A stretch of DNA of 64,000 nt from the human T2T-CHM13v2.0 reference genome, Homo sapiens (GCF_009914755.1 NC_060947.1); one strand, 5' to 3'. Shown: positions 31,816 to 47,575, counted from the stretch's first letter. Notes: generated by a model from the sequence alone, not told the origin. Translations and numbers: made by a program.

Positions 31816-32264
31816 AATTTTTTTAAAAGTCAATTTTGATTTTTTTATTTTCTGTTTGGATTTCACTAGATGTTCTTATTGATTTTATTCACTATATAAT
31901 TGAGAATCATCTTGCTCTGTGTTTACTCAGAGCAAGCTGAACTTTCAGCAATCTTATTTTTAAAAAATGCTACATGATATGACCTTATCAGCAATTTACT
32001 AAGTTATTTGAATGGACTTTATGGACATGAACTTATCTTCAAAGCGTCTTTTCTGTTTAAAGCTATGTCCTTTACCGTTTTTTTTAAACTGGAAGCATTC
32101 CTTCCCTGCCAGCTAAAGAAAATTCCATGTTATTAAAAATGGTGGTTCTCAGCCATAATTAATACACATAGTTCATAACACCCATTTAAAATTGGTAATG
32201 TGTTTATAAGAGAGGTGAGACATGCAAGAAAAGAAGTGGTACCAAGTGATCACCAGAGACACAT

Positions 32265-32760
<496 letters not shown>

Positions 32761-34084
32761 ATGGAACATAATTGATTCCCATTAGAATTTGTAGGAGTAA
32801 GGAGGTAACACTTTAAATCTACTTTGTTCAGAGCTGCTTCTCGCTGGAAACCTTTTAAGTAGTGTTTGTATCACCTTTTCTCCTAGCACTTACATAGTGT
32901 ACTGCTTGTGTAATTAACTCCATGGATAAAGAAATATCCTTCCCCTTCCATTTACTAGCTTTTTAATAGTGCAGCTTCAGGTCTTCCACTAGAAATATTA
33001 GAATTGTCACTTAATTTTCAACCTCCCGATATTTAATTGAAAGATGTACAATATAATTTAAAAGGTACCTACCCATAGGGCAACTAATTCTGAAAACGGG
33101 TGATAAGTGAATAAAGGAAGTATGCTTAATTTCATTTTCATGCTTTCGCAGTTTCTATCTTATATTGATAAAGAAATCCTAAGCTCTACATCTGTATAAG
33201 AATGTATCATCCTTTCAATATACTTGTATCTATATAAAATGCAGATGTGTATATTCTTGTGTGTGCATACACACATGCACAGCTATAGAATATAGATAAT
33301 TTAGATAATTTTAGGACTTTACATAAAATGAATCACATATGCACTATTATGATGTTTTCCCCAATGCAAGATAATATTTTCTAAGATTTTAGACATAAGA
33401 TGTATTTTATCATGTACAATGCACTCTAAAACTTACCAAGTTTCCATTTACAAGGGAAAACGATTAAAACCACAAATTGCTATAGTTAAGAGTTTGGGAT
33501 TATTTTATTTTATTTTACAAATGAGAGCATTCATTTCTGAATACCTACCATAACACATGCATACATCTGTCAGAAAAAAAAAATCATATTTAGAATCCAA
33601 GTTTACTCCCGGAGAACCTTAACCTATTTCAAAAACATCTTTGGGAAGATGTCAGGAATTTTCACAATTTCTATTACACTCTTCTGATTTGAGTCAAAGA
33701 AAATAATTTTCAACATAATAGGACAGCCCAGGGAGGCGAGTTTCAGCCAGTTGCTGTGGAAAAACCAGAGGCAGTCGCTGTCATGCAGCTGCCAACACCA
33801 CAGTTGGGGGCCTTGCCAAGTAGACAGATGCCAAAACAGAAAAAATAGCTTATTCCAATTAATTGTTGAAACCTATAAAGGTAAAACACTTCATGTGTGG
33901 GCCTGACTACAGAACTGCTTTGTCCCCCAAAGGCATCGTGTATTTGCTTTTCATTGTGGGGGTTGCTAGAAACATAGAAATAATATTATTAAAGTATAGA
34001 AGATGTCCAAGGAACATGCATCTTTCCTCTAGCAAAGAATAATTTAAAATTAAAATAAGTATTATACTTATTACTTTTCTAAAT

Positions 34085-34245
34085 TGCGACTTCTCTCCAT
34101 GCCTCACTTTCCCTCTCTGTAAAATGGAGATAATAGCATCACACTGCTATTTTAATGAGAAAAGTGAAATAATACATGTGATGTACTTAATGGTGCCAAG
34201 TAGTTAGCATACATCAAACATGAGCAATTATATTATTCCTATTAT
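34085..34245 (+). mobile_element. MIR fragment
   Basis: GCCTCACTTTCCCTCTCTGTAAAATGGAGATAATAG matches the MIR core. Confidence 0.75.
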
Positions 34246-37200
34246 TATACCAAGTTAGTTAAACTTGTATTATTTTACTACTAATATTTGTATTACTGCA
34301 CTAAGTTAGATAAATCAAAACCATTGTTAAAGCTGATCTAGAAGTAAGTTATTAGACATTTCTGTTTAGGAGATATCAGTTACTTAGAAATTTAGTTACT
34401 ATAAATAAGTCTTACATATAGAAAATTACCTTTTTTTGGTGACTTTAGAAATTTAGGGTGTAAGAAATAACTTTTCAAAGAAAAAAATTATGTCATCATT
34501 TTAAAGAGCTCTCTCAGTGAGTATTAATTGTGTTCATAGCTAGATAAATGTGTGCACACACAACACATTACGGCCAATTCAAATTTTAAAACAATGCAAT
34601 TATAGTGGAATTTCATCCTATTCTGTATGGGATCAAAGCATCCAGAGGTCTAAAAAACATTAAAATAACCAATCCTCTAGGTGCTTTTTAAGTTTTCAGT
34701 TAATTTGTCTTATCTACATTGAAGCAAACAACCTAAAACTTGCAATGGATATCTGTGAAGCATACATCAAAAGAAAAGTATAGTAGCTGTTAGTTCAAGG
34801 AACTGAATGATAGAGCTTCCAATTAAAAATACACACATGTGTTGTTTATCTTATTTCAGTGAACTAAAAGGTTATTTGCATTTCTTGTAAAGTGTGCTCA
34901 TCCCTTTAAGTTTCAGTGAACTGTTTGAGAAGACATAGGGAATGGGAATGCATTTTATTACAACCTTTCCCTTTATTTGGAAAGATTATTCGGTAGCTGT
35001 TTCTGAAATGTCTAGTACTACTGTGAAAAACTAGTACCCACAATATAGTTCTAGAAACAGAATAGACAAAGTTGCTTCTGATATCTTTCTGTCTACTAGT
35101 CAGGAATGCAAGACAATTTCAGATCAATGATCCTTCTACTATCAAAAGTCATGGGACCTAAGGGTCAAGATCACTTTTATTTTTGCTCCATTTGAATTAT
35201 CCAGGCAAAACCAATGACATAAATGAGGCCTTACGTGACCTGACATCCCTATGCCTGATCTAGCAGGACTGTGACATCAACAGTAAAGCTAGACGGATCA
35301 AAAGGTGCCTCCAATGCCCGTGTCAGCGTCAGCTTCAGCAGAAGCTCCCCACTTGGCATTCCTGCTTGAGTGCTTTGCAGTCCTGGCATGTCACCTAACT
35401 GGCTGGTGCTTCCTAATAGGCCCTACACCACTTCTGATTGATGTGTGAATATGCAAACCTTACTGGAATCCAGGAGCCAGATGGCCCACATACCAAGTAT
35501 AGCAGCCAGACAAAACAGAGGCAGATTCAGCAAACTGTTGGAGAGTTACATTTTTGGTGATTCCTACAGACACCTAAGTATACATAGTCCTATTTAATTG
35601 ATTTCATTCCATGTTAACCCACAACAATAGTGCCTCTGTCATTAAACTGCCACATTCTAATTAAAGGAGAAAATTCTTTCTTTTCTCCTTTCCATTTAGC
35701 ATGAAATGAAGGCTTTTATAATCAACCTGATTCTACCCTGCTACTTGTAGAGGCTGTTATGTAGTCTCTAAAGGCACAGGTGAACAAAATCTCTTTGCTG
35801 CTTCTCTAGGATAAAGCAGTCACTTATTTCTTTCATTAAACTTAGATGAATTATTTAAAACAAAAGCCATAACTTGTATAAAAGAGTGCCCAGATGAGGG
35901 TGTATCCTCCCTGAGTGAGTAATATCTAGTATATATCAGCCACACAATAAAAAATGATGAAAATGGTAAAAATTATAAAATGATAAAAAATGATTAACAA
36001 AACACAGGAAAATCATATATACATATATATGTGTATATATATATATAAAATCACACACAGCATGTCTCATAATGAAAAGTAGAAGTTACTTAATATCGGT
36101 TTTCTTTTTTTACATATGTAAAATATCATTCATGGGTGTACTTGTGTGTGTGCACAACCACATTGAATGGAGACATTTCAATTAGAACTTCTCCGATAGA
36201 AGAAATTTAATCCACAAATAGGAAAAGCAGTATATCTCAGCGTTAATCACTTATGCCTTAAAAATAATCATGATAGCAACCAAAATTCTTTCTGGAATCT
36301 GAATCAGCCACACACATGTGTTTCTGACTTTATTCATTAAGATTAGCAGCCTTCCAGAAATCACTAAAATGGAATCTTCAAAAGCTCCAGTTCAAGATCT
36401 GGAGATAAAATGAAAGTCTGGTGATCCTTTCCATAGACTCTGAGGACTTTCTTTACCGTCTTAATGTCTTCAATGGAAAAACGACCGTGTATGACAAAAT
36501 AATAAGTTTGCTTCCTGAGCTTGAAATGAATGGCTGCCTATCAGATCCACTCTGAGCATATCACTTCAGGCTGTCAGGCCAGCCACATTGCTCACAATTT
36601 CCCTTTGGGATAAGCTAATCCTAAAATCATTTTATAGTTTGGATAGTTTCAGCATGAGATATTGATGTCTTTGTAGAAGTTCTATTGCATAACATATACA
36701 TGGAAGACTCAAGTTATACGGATATGTATGTACTACACTAATTGTGTAGTGTGACTATGTATGCATTAAGAATTTTAATCAATTGTGTAAAGGGAAGCAA
36801 ATGTTCATCTTTCATATCTCAACCAATAGTTTTGGTTCTCATGGAAATCAAACATTACCTTTTTGTAATAAAATCAGTGTTTCAACAGAAATATATTTCA
36901 CAATGAACCTTGTTTATAATGACCATCTAAAATTTCTTTAAGAGATGGGCATTACAGGTCAAAGATAATCTGTATGAAAAAAATACATAAGATATTATAA
37001 AATGTAGCTTAAACTGTTGTGTATTAGGAAAAATTTAATACAAATTCTGCTATAATTCAAAAAGAAAATAATGAAGGGAAATAAAAGAAAAGAATAAAGT
37101 GGAACAAAATGTGTCACATAAAACAACATATACCAGGGTAGGGTACTATAAAGTTTTATTTCTACAGCTTTGAAAGAAGCTAAAAACTCACTTGTGACTC

Positions 37201-39439
37201 TGTAGCTCATGAGTAATGTGGTCATTTCAAACTTATGGTGATAAAACTTTATGGCACTCTAGTTCAGAACATATGTCAAACAGAGAAAAAAGTAAAAATC
37301 AAAATGAAATGTGACAAAACACTGCAAAACCCTTCTCATCTGACACCACTATTCTGGTTTTGTCTGGGAATCGGTGGTCAATTTCATTTTGAAATTTCTG
37401 TCTCAGAGTCATGTAGCAACTTAAATGACTGCTCTGATTAGCATCAAAGTAAGTGTAGAAAAATGATTTGCTTTCATCATGATGGTGTTAACAATATGTA
37501 CTTCAGAAAATGTCATCGTTAGTGTTGCTAAAGTAAGAACAGAAGCATAATTCCTGCAGTTAAATTCCAATCTAAGATATTTGACCTTCACACGAAAAGA
37601 ATGAAGACAAAGCCTTTCTCTTTTAAAAACTATTTTTATGGAATATATTAATTTTAGAGAAAATGTCATGTCTTTACAATGAGAGCTCAATATTTTCAAA
37701 TGATGTGGTTATATATTAAATGAATACGTTCATTTTCTTACCATTAAATTTTTGGTATTAGTTCTGGGAGGCCATAATTTTTCTACTTAAATTTTTGCCT
37801 GTATATAAAAAGTACTTTGTGTAAATAGAGTCCAATTTGACTTTAGTTTATTAGTATTAATTAGTTGTATTTTGTCACTTGGACAACTTGCAAAACTTTG
37901 GTGTTATTCTGATTGTCACTCCATTTTCTTAGCTGTAGGGCCAGAATCTAATTAATCCTATTATTAATAGTTGTCTAATTTCTCACTATTCTGTTCCTTA
38001 GCCTAAAGGTTTCATAACTCTGTATGAAAATGAGAAAACCTGTCATTGATTAATATATGTTTGTTTTTGTATTAATTGTGCAACTGCAATGTTACTGCAC
38101 ATAGAAATGTAACTCCTTGATTGAGGAGCACATTGCCACACATGGAATCTCCAAAATGCCAAGTGAAAATCACCACTCTTAAGAGTTTATTTCAGAGTGT
38201 TGACTAAATTGTTTGGGGACTTCTTTGCCTATAACATAAACTTAAGAGTTTTTGAGGTACTTGTTTTCCTTTTAATCAAATACTTAGGGAATTATAAGTG
38301 TCTTCTTAGAGACCATGCTTTCATGCCTAGCTACAGTTGACCAACTCTTTTAAAAAGCTTTGTCTCCTGAAATAATAATAGGAACAAACTCAACATTTCT
38401 AAGAGAAGAAGACACCGTTATCAACTGAGTGCAGTGTAATTCATCAGTCATTGATAAAATCATATTCTAGATTAATCCAGGATTCATTCAATTATTTCTA
38501 CCAAACCTCTTTCCCTTCAAGAGAGGGAGTGGAGTTAGTTGTCATCCAAAATGCTAATCCAAAATAATAAGGGCCATTTAAGAGAAGTTATTGAGTTGCT
38601 TTAGAACTTGTAGATTCTATGCTATGCTGTCACTGTAAGTAGCATTATTTTAGAAAATAAACCCCTAAACCTTAATTTAACATGAAATGGTTCATAACTA
38701 CAACCACCTGAACTGTGATCAAATCATGTCACTTAGATCCATGTAAAGCAGTACTTACTACACCCCTCTCACCTGGAGAGTTTACTGAAAGGCATACCTA
38801 GGGAAAAGGCATTCATCTAGTGCTGCCCCAGTTTGAAAGCGTACCAAAAAGTATTCACACAAGGTTTGTGTCACACAAGGAGAAACTGTATGTGCCTGTT
38901 CTTGAAACCCACAGCAGTAATGGTAACAGAAGAATAACAAGAATACATATCTTGATTCCATATACCAAGCTTTATCCTAGAAAAGGTTGGGATTACTGGA
39001 CTTAAAAGAACATGGTATTCCGTAATCAGACAACCTTAATTTGGGACCATTCTGGAGACTGCTTACCACAGTGATAATTATACCTAATTTGTTAAAATTC
39101 ATTTTTTCCAATTATAATAATAATTAGAAAACTATAAAAGTATACAAATGCAGTACGTTTTATCTTAGTTTTCTTCTACTTCAAAATTATATATATTATC
39201 TAAAATTTGTTTTTCTTTTCAGGTTATTTCTAAGGTACTTTGATTTTTGTTAAATAATTCAGTTTAAATTCCACGTTTTTATGTAGAAAAAAATCAAGGA
39301 TTTGATTTCTCTTATATTCAAAAGTGCAATCGTTTTCTTTCTACATTGAGATGAAAGTATTTTGGAGCATAAACAATACACGCTAAATAATTGCAAATAG
39401 CTTTTAAAGGCTAAAGTTTGCAATACTGAAGAGCTAAAC

Positions 39440-39655
39440 CAGCATTGTCCATTAGAATTTTTGGTGGTGATAAAAAACAAAAAATGTTCTATACATGCAC
39501 TACATAACACGATGGCCACTAAAACCATGTGACTACTGAGCACTTCAAATGTAGCTAGCAAAATGGAGGAACAACATAGTTTCTTTTACTTTCACTAATT
39601 TAAATTCAAAATAATTTTTTGCCATTGTCTAATGGCTACCAAATTGGACAGCACA
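39440..39655. mobile_element. hAT-Charlie MITE (MER3-like)
   Basis: TGTCCATTAGAA...GAGCACTTCAAATGTAGCTAG...TTGGACAGCAC with terminal inverted repeats. Confidence 0.75.
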
Positions 39656-40653
39656 AGTCTAGAATTTAATTACTAATACATGTATACTTTTTTTATTGGT
39701 ACATATGTCATATAAGGTTGTATGCGCAGAAGCATACAGATAAATGGATGCCATCTTGTTACTATCTAAAAGCCAACATACAAATGTTTTATGACTTAAA
39801 AAAATGCCACAGATTCTTGCTTCACTTTAATGTGAGGAACTCAGATATTTATTAACATAATTTTGACCAAAAGTAGCCTCCATACCAAATGCAATTATTT
39901 AGCCATTTCTGCAAGACTGGAGATTTTTTCCCCAAAAACTAACTAGAAAAATAACTTAATCCTCTGTTTTAATATGCCATTTCACAGCTTGCAATTGCTT
40001 ATTGTGAATGCTCCTATTTCTTTTCTTGAAACTTTGGCAAAACTATTATGCCAGAACATGATTTACATTTTGTCATTCATTTAAAATTCAGAATGGCTTT
40101 TTATGCCATTAAGTCTATTTATTTACATTAAAGACAAATGCATACTTAACAATTTGGAGAAAACAAGCAAAAGCTTTTGAATCATTCTAATTGGTGAGGG
40201 CTTATTCTTTAAAAAGTAACATCTATTTGATGTAGATCTGTGATCTGACAGAAAACTAATTGTTTTAAGTATTTGTAATCCAAGCAGCAGTGATGCAAAT
40301 GAATTTAATTATCAGTTTAAAAATCCAAACAATGGGAAGTAAGACAACACGCTGCCTTCAAAGCTATAGTAATAAAAGAAGTGCTAGTACATTTCCTCAT
40401 GTACCTGGAAATGAGTGGCCCAGATTTGCTTGCACTAAAGTCTACATGCCTAATTTTAATCATTTTGATTGTATAATCAACTTCCCCCAGTCATTTCTAA
40501 AGATAAATTAAGATGCATGCTTTCATTAAGAATAAAACACCCTGATTTCTTCATATTTCTAAATAACTTGCCTTTTCCAGGTTTTCTGAGGTAAGAATTC
40601 CTGAATGATACTCACAAAAGTAAAATGTACACTGAATCTAGTAATTATATTTA

Positions 40654-41025
<372 letters not shown>

Positions 41026-41350
41026 TTACTAAAATCAATGTATTTTACTGAATATTAGACCAACGCATTGTAGTTGGGGATTGCCCCTTTGGCAAAGCTC
41101 CCATTTAGTTCCCAACTATTCTGATTTATAGCTAATATGGAGAAAAGTTAGGAAATGAAGAATTTTTGGACTGACACAATTATAAAACCAAGAGGAAAAA
41201 GCCTACAGTTTTTAAACCAAAAAACCTAACTTTAGAACCCGGATTTGTGAGTAAGTAGTTTGAGCAAGTCATTTAGACAAATGCTCTTCAAGCTATAGGT
41301 CAAGACATTTGTGAGCTGTACAACCCGTTTATGTGTCATAACTGCCATTA

Positions 41351-41745
<395 letters not shown>

Positions 41746-41830
41746 TTATTTCTGCATGTGTCTGTGTGTTTTGGGGGGTACTGGATCATCAAGAGTGCTC
41801 ACTTTTTCTCTTAAATTGGATTGTGAACAA

Positions 41831-42349
41831 TGTAGGGGAGAAAAAATTGATTTCCTCACCTATCACAAGGTTCATAGCTGAGACCCCTATAGCAAAAGAA
41901 AGGTTAACAAGAGAAAAGCATACAAATGTATTTAATATAAATTTTACAAATGATACCAGGACACAGGAGCATTCAGAAATGAATACCTAAAGAAAAAGGG
42001 GAGACCTGTGTATTTTTATGCTAAATTTGATGAAGAGTGGACAGCCTGGCAGAAGTATGATTGGAGAACAAAAGGGTGTAATCTAATGGTAATAAAGTTG
42101 GGGTGGGGGGGAATGTAGCAAAGCCTGTTTGTTCAGTCTTCTCTGTGTCCCAGTGTGACATTCCTTTCCTTTGGGTATGGGACACATGAGGGGTCTTATG
42201 GCCTACTTCAGAGCAAGGCCAGATAATTCTTTTCTGATCTGCTTCAGAGGAAAATGGTGGCAGAAGGTCAGAGACTTTCTCACTTCCGCTGTTTCCCGAA
42301 ATGCCAAGGTGCCATATTTGGGGATGATATGTCCTAAATCCCACTAACA
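41831..42349 (-). mobile_element. Solo ERV1 LTR (MER39-like)
   Basis: TGTAGGGGAGAAAAAA...GCCATATTTGGGG; candidate 4-bp TSD ACAA. Confidence 0.8.
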
Positions 42350-42429
42350 ACAAATATAAAAAAGGTGGAAGCCCCCAATTTAAAAAAAAAAAAAAACCAA
42401 TAGATTGTTTAATCATTTGAACTTGGGAA

Positions 42430-42585
42430 TCTTGAAAATATTAAAAAGAATCCTGATTCTTTCTCCGTTTAGCCTTGAACAAGTTATTTAACTATTCTCT
42501 GCTTTGGTTCTGTCATATGTAAAATGAGGATACTAATAATGTCTATCTCAGTACGTTGCTTTAAGAATTAACTGAGAGTGCACAT
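42430..42585 (+). mobile_element. MIR (resumes at ~43200-43245 after the L1/Alu insertion)
   Basis: CCTTGAACAAGTTATTTAAC...TGTAAAATGAGGATACTAATA. Confidence 0.75.
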
Positions 42586-42587
42586 AT

Positions 42588-42890
42588 ATCTTTGACAAAT
42601 CAATTAAAATACCTTTGGATATATATCCAGAAGTAGGAAAGTTGGATCATATGGTAATTCCATTTTTAGGTTTTTGAGGAATCTCCATATTATTTTCCAA
42701 AATGACCATACTAATTTACATTCCCATCAAGAGTAGACAACATTCTGACCACAAAACATAAGTTAGTGAGGTGATAGATATATTAATTAGCTTGATTGAA
42801 TGTTTCTGTAATATATTCATAGATTAAAATATCACATTGTACACCATAAATTACTCAACTGTTACTTGTTCATTAAAAATAAATAAATAA
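42588..42890 (+). mobile_element. L1MA-like insertion with inverted 5' part
   Basis: 42588-42740 is minus-strand L1 ORF2-end sequence (GGATCATATGGTAATTCC, TTTACATTCCCA); 42741-42890 is plus-strand L1MA 3' end (GAGGTGATAGATAT...ATCACATTGTACACCATAAAT) with an A-rich tail. Confidence 0.75.
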
Positions 42891-43185
42891 GGTCAGTCAC
42901 CGTGGCTCACGCCAGCACTTTGAGAGGCTAAAGCAGGTAGATCACCTGAGCTATGGAGTTTGAGACCAGCCTGGGCAACATAGGGGACCCCCATCTCTAC
43001 AAAAAATAGGAACATTAGCTGAGCATGGTGGGGGACACCTGTAGTCCCAGCTACTTGGGGGTTCAGGTAGGAGGATGGCTTGGAGGTCAAGGCTTCAATG
43101 AGCCGCAATGACTCCACTGCACTCCAACCTGAGTGACGAAGTGAGATCTTGTCTCAAAAACCAAACCAAAACAAAATAAATAAAT
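42891..43185 (+). mobile_element. Alu SINE (AluJ)
   Basis: CCTGGGCAACATAG, GGAGGATGGCTT, GGTCAAGGCT J-type diagnostics; small deletions. Confidence 0.93.
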
Positions 43186-44597
43186 GCAATTAAAGAACTC
43201 ATGCAAATCCATTATAACAATGCTTGACACTTAATAAAGGCTAGCCATCTGTATGACATCTCTGTTCTATGGTTTTTTAGTTACTTTTAGGTTTAATGTG
43301 AATGTTTTTTCTTTCTTTTTAACTTAAATGCCGTATAAAGCACTCTTTTAAATAATGTACATAGAAACTTTATCTAAAATTCCTAGTTATGTGATTTTGC
43401 TAACAGGCATATTTTTCATGGAACAAAAAGTCACGGACAACAAGCCCTCATTGTCCATTTTTCTCATATGAATTTCTCTGTACTTGAAATGTTACTGTCA
43501 GGACTTGGCTCTGCCCTGCTTCTATCATGCCTTTCACCTTATTCAATAGAAACAAGATGAGTGTTCTTGGCATTGGGAAGCAAGAAGTTAGTATTGTAAG
43601 TATGATTATTTCACACAATACTAGAAATCGTTGCTGAGGAACAGCCTGCATATTGCCACAGAAGAAGGCTGGGATCCTGTACCCTGAGATAGGCCAAGTG
43701 AAATAAGGTCTATTCATAGACTTGTATGGTAGTTACAACATTGGTTGTTTTAGATAATAATGTAGACTTCATAAATCATCTAACACTTGGAAAATATTAC
43801 GTACCATATAGTAAACTCTTGAAAGAGCTTTTTAGTACCCCCAGAACAATGCTTGAAAATTTAAGGCAAATTACTTCCAAATCAACACAATTTTGAGTGT
43901 AACTTAACTCTGGCCTTTGATATGGTAAACTGCCAATTATAGCTATCTAGCTCGGATTTAAATTGAATTAGATTAAACTGTGACCCAGTGATTTTTCTGG
44001 TTTCTTATGTGGTCAGTGCAAACAGTTATATTTAATGGTGGCAAAGCTGAGATAAAAACGTTAAATGTAAGAGTCAATTGCAAGGTCATTTTCTTTCCAA
44101 GTAATGAAAACGTAGTACTTGATCCGCTGTAAAATTACAGGCTAATGACTCAGTCCTACAGAGTAGCTCTCAAACCTTGTTCGATGTACCCACACTGATT
44201 TAAGCAAAGACAAAGTATCATTTTGACGATTAAATAATGACAAGGAGCATAAATCACGTCTTAGATGGTGCCACAAAATACAAATTTTAAAGGTCTCAAT
44301 AGACATTTTTGGATAAAATAATGAGAAAAAAAATGTTCAATCAAAGGTGGATGGTAAATATTTACAAATTTTAAAAATAAATATTTATAAGTCCTATTAC
44401 TTAAAAAAAGTAATATAGTACACATTGTAATATTTTAAGAAAGTTTTAGTATTGTTTTCTGAGGCATCAAATTCCATTTTTTGAAAGTATCATGAAGAAG
44501 GATATTAAAGTACTTTAGATTGCCCTGCCAACTGTAGGAGACCGAAATATGCCATCCCAAAATATGTCACAAAATATGTCAAGAAAGCAGGCTTGAT

Positions 44598-44884
<287 letters not shown>

Positions 44885-45054
44885 CTAGCTTGCATTTTAT
44901 TGCTGGATTTCTCAAGTTGTGCTCATAGGGCACAATGGAGAAAGAAAAACATGTTCTAATAACATATTTTCAAGGTTAGCCATTGTCAAAAGTTTTCATT
45001 CACTGAAATAAAACAGATTAATGAATCTATAAGAAAGCATATGTATATTTGCCT

Positions 45055-45654
<600 letters not shown>

Positions 45655-46136
45655 AAAATATGCCACTTTGACATAGGACTATTTTGAGCTAAAGGCAATT
45701 CAGAAGAAGCAGATATAAGTTCTCTGCCCTCCCACTATTTGCCTGAAAACAGTACATACATTTGCAAAGGTGTCCATCCTCTCCTCTCTATCAGAAAGGA
45801 CAAAGTTTGATCACCAATGACAACTTTAGATCTTTATCAGCCCGGAGACTGCATCAGAGGAATCTACATAATAAATTTTCTTAACTAGCCTTTATCTACC
45901 ATCAGTTTCCCATATATTTGCCTTCCTGAAATTGGCCACTCATAGAGACTCAGGGTCCTTTTCCCTTGTCTTGTTACTTCTCAAAAAACGTATTGTTCTT
46001 TGTCAGAGAAATTTATTCATTTTTCCTTATATATCTTTCATGTATACATTAGGTGTGTATGTTAGTAAACTTTATTGTTTTTTTCTTGTTGATATCTCTT
46101 TTGTTATAGGAGTCCCAGTTAAGAAATAAAGGTAGA

Positions 46137-46450
46137 GGCTAGATGCGGTGGCTCACACCTGTAATCCCAGCTCTTTGGGAGGCTGAGACTGAAGGATCAC
46201 TTGAGCTCAAGGATTCAAGACCAGCCTTGGCAACATAGCAAGACCCTCATTTCTCCAAAAAGTAAAAAAAATAATAAATTAGCCCGGCATGGTGGTGCAT
46301 GCCTGTAGCTAAGCTACCGGGGAGGCTGAGGTGGAAGGATGGCTCAAACCCGGGAGGTTGAAGCTGTAGTGAGACAAGATTGCATTACCACACTCCAGCC
46401 TGGGCCACAAAGTGAGACCCAGTGTCAAAAAAAAAAAAAAAAAAAAAAAA
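46137..46450 (+). mobile_element. Alu SINE (AluJ)
   Basis: GGCAACATAGCAAGACCC, GGAAGGATGGCT; TSD AAAT(A/C)AAGGTAGA. Confidence 0.95.
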
Positions 46451-47240
46451 AAATCAAGGTAGAGGTAAAATTATGTTTTCTTCCCCTATGCAATGTGTTT
46501 CTTTTATTTAAATGTTTATTTAGCAAATTGTTTACCTGATGAACAACTAATCTGAGAGTGAGTAGTATGAGCAAATGGCTTTTGTAAAGATTTTCTCAAA
46601 TTTACCTGAATTGAGCTAACCACATTCAGATTTTAATTACTTTAAAGTTCTCTACCTATTTATATATACACACACACACATTTGCATATATATGTTTATA
46701 TATACACACACAGACACAAATGCTACATATATATTCTAATTGTTTTATTCATTTTCTGTGTATTTTAACTAACTTATTGAGATGCTTGAACAAATTGAAA
46801 TGCTTTTTATAATGCTTTTAAAAATAATCACTACATATAACATATTCTCCAGTAGTTGAACAATGTAAAGAATTTCTTATATGTATGACTTTATTCTAAC
46901 ATTCATATTTCTTGGGTACTTACTAAATGTTAGGCACTCACAGCTAGTAATGTAAAATGGTGGGCAAAGTCTCTTCCAAAACTATAGTTTATAGGCTAAT
47001 AATGGAAGCTTTAGGACACTTTTCCAATAATTACGCAACATGTTATAGTTTGAAGTGTGAACCTTTAAAACAGAAGTCGCTGGAAATTCAGTGTCCTTAC
47101 ACTATTCGAAGGATTTATACATGCAGAACCAGAAAACAAACAAACAAAAATATCTCAGTTAAAATCAGTCACTTCAGAGGAAACAAATTGATCGCGATAG
47201 CAGTAGGGAAAATTTTGGAGAAAAAATGTTAGCTTTGAAG

Positions 47241-47460
47241 CAAGCTTGTCCAACCCGCAGCCTACAGGCTGCATGAGGTCCAGGACAGCTTTGAATGCAG
47301 CCCAACACAAATTTGTAAACTTTCTTAAAACATCATGAGATATTTTTTAGATTTATTTTTTTTAGCTCATCATCTATCATTAGTGTTACTGTATTTAATG
47401 TGTGGCCCAAGACAATTCTCCCAGTGTGGCCCAGGGAAGCTAAAAGTTCTGACAATTCTG
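47241..47460. mobile_element. hAT-Charlie MITE (MER30-like)
   Basis: CAAGCTTGTCCAACCCGC...GTGTGGCCCAGGGAAGC; perfect 8-bp TSD CTTTGAAG on both sides, the hAT signature. Confidence 0.9.
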
Positions 47461-47575
47461 CTTTGAAGACTCCCTTTTAAGTTGGCAATGAATGTACTTA
47501 CATGATTATGTAGGTATTGTTACTTAAATGTAACATGTTACGTTTAACATGTTTAAACATTGATGACCAACGCAG

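Noticed and set aside
39205-39240. 12-nt microexon-like GTTATTTCTAAG after TTTTCTTTTCAG (and 5-nt GCCAG at 55980-55984)
   Set aside because: Donors are weak (GTACTT, GTAAAC) and there is no nearby TGC; likely chance in T-rich DNA.
47530-47560. AACATGTT palindromes resembling p53 half-sites
   Set aside because: They mismatch RRRCWWGYYY at outer positions and are spaced; more simply a small local duplication in AT-rich DNA.
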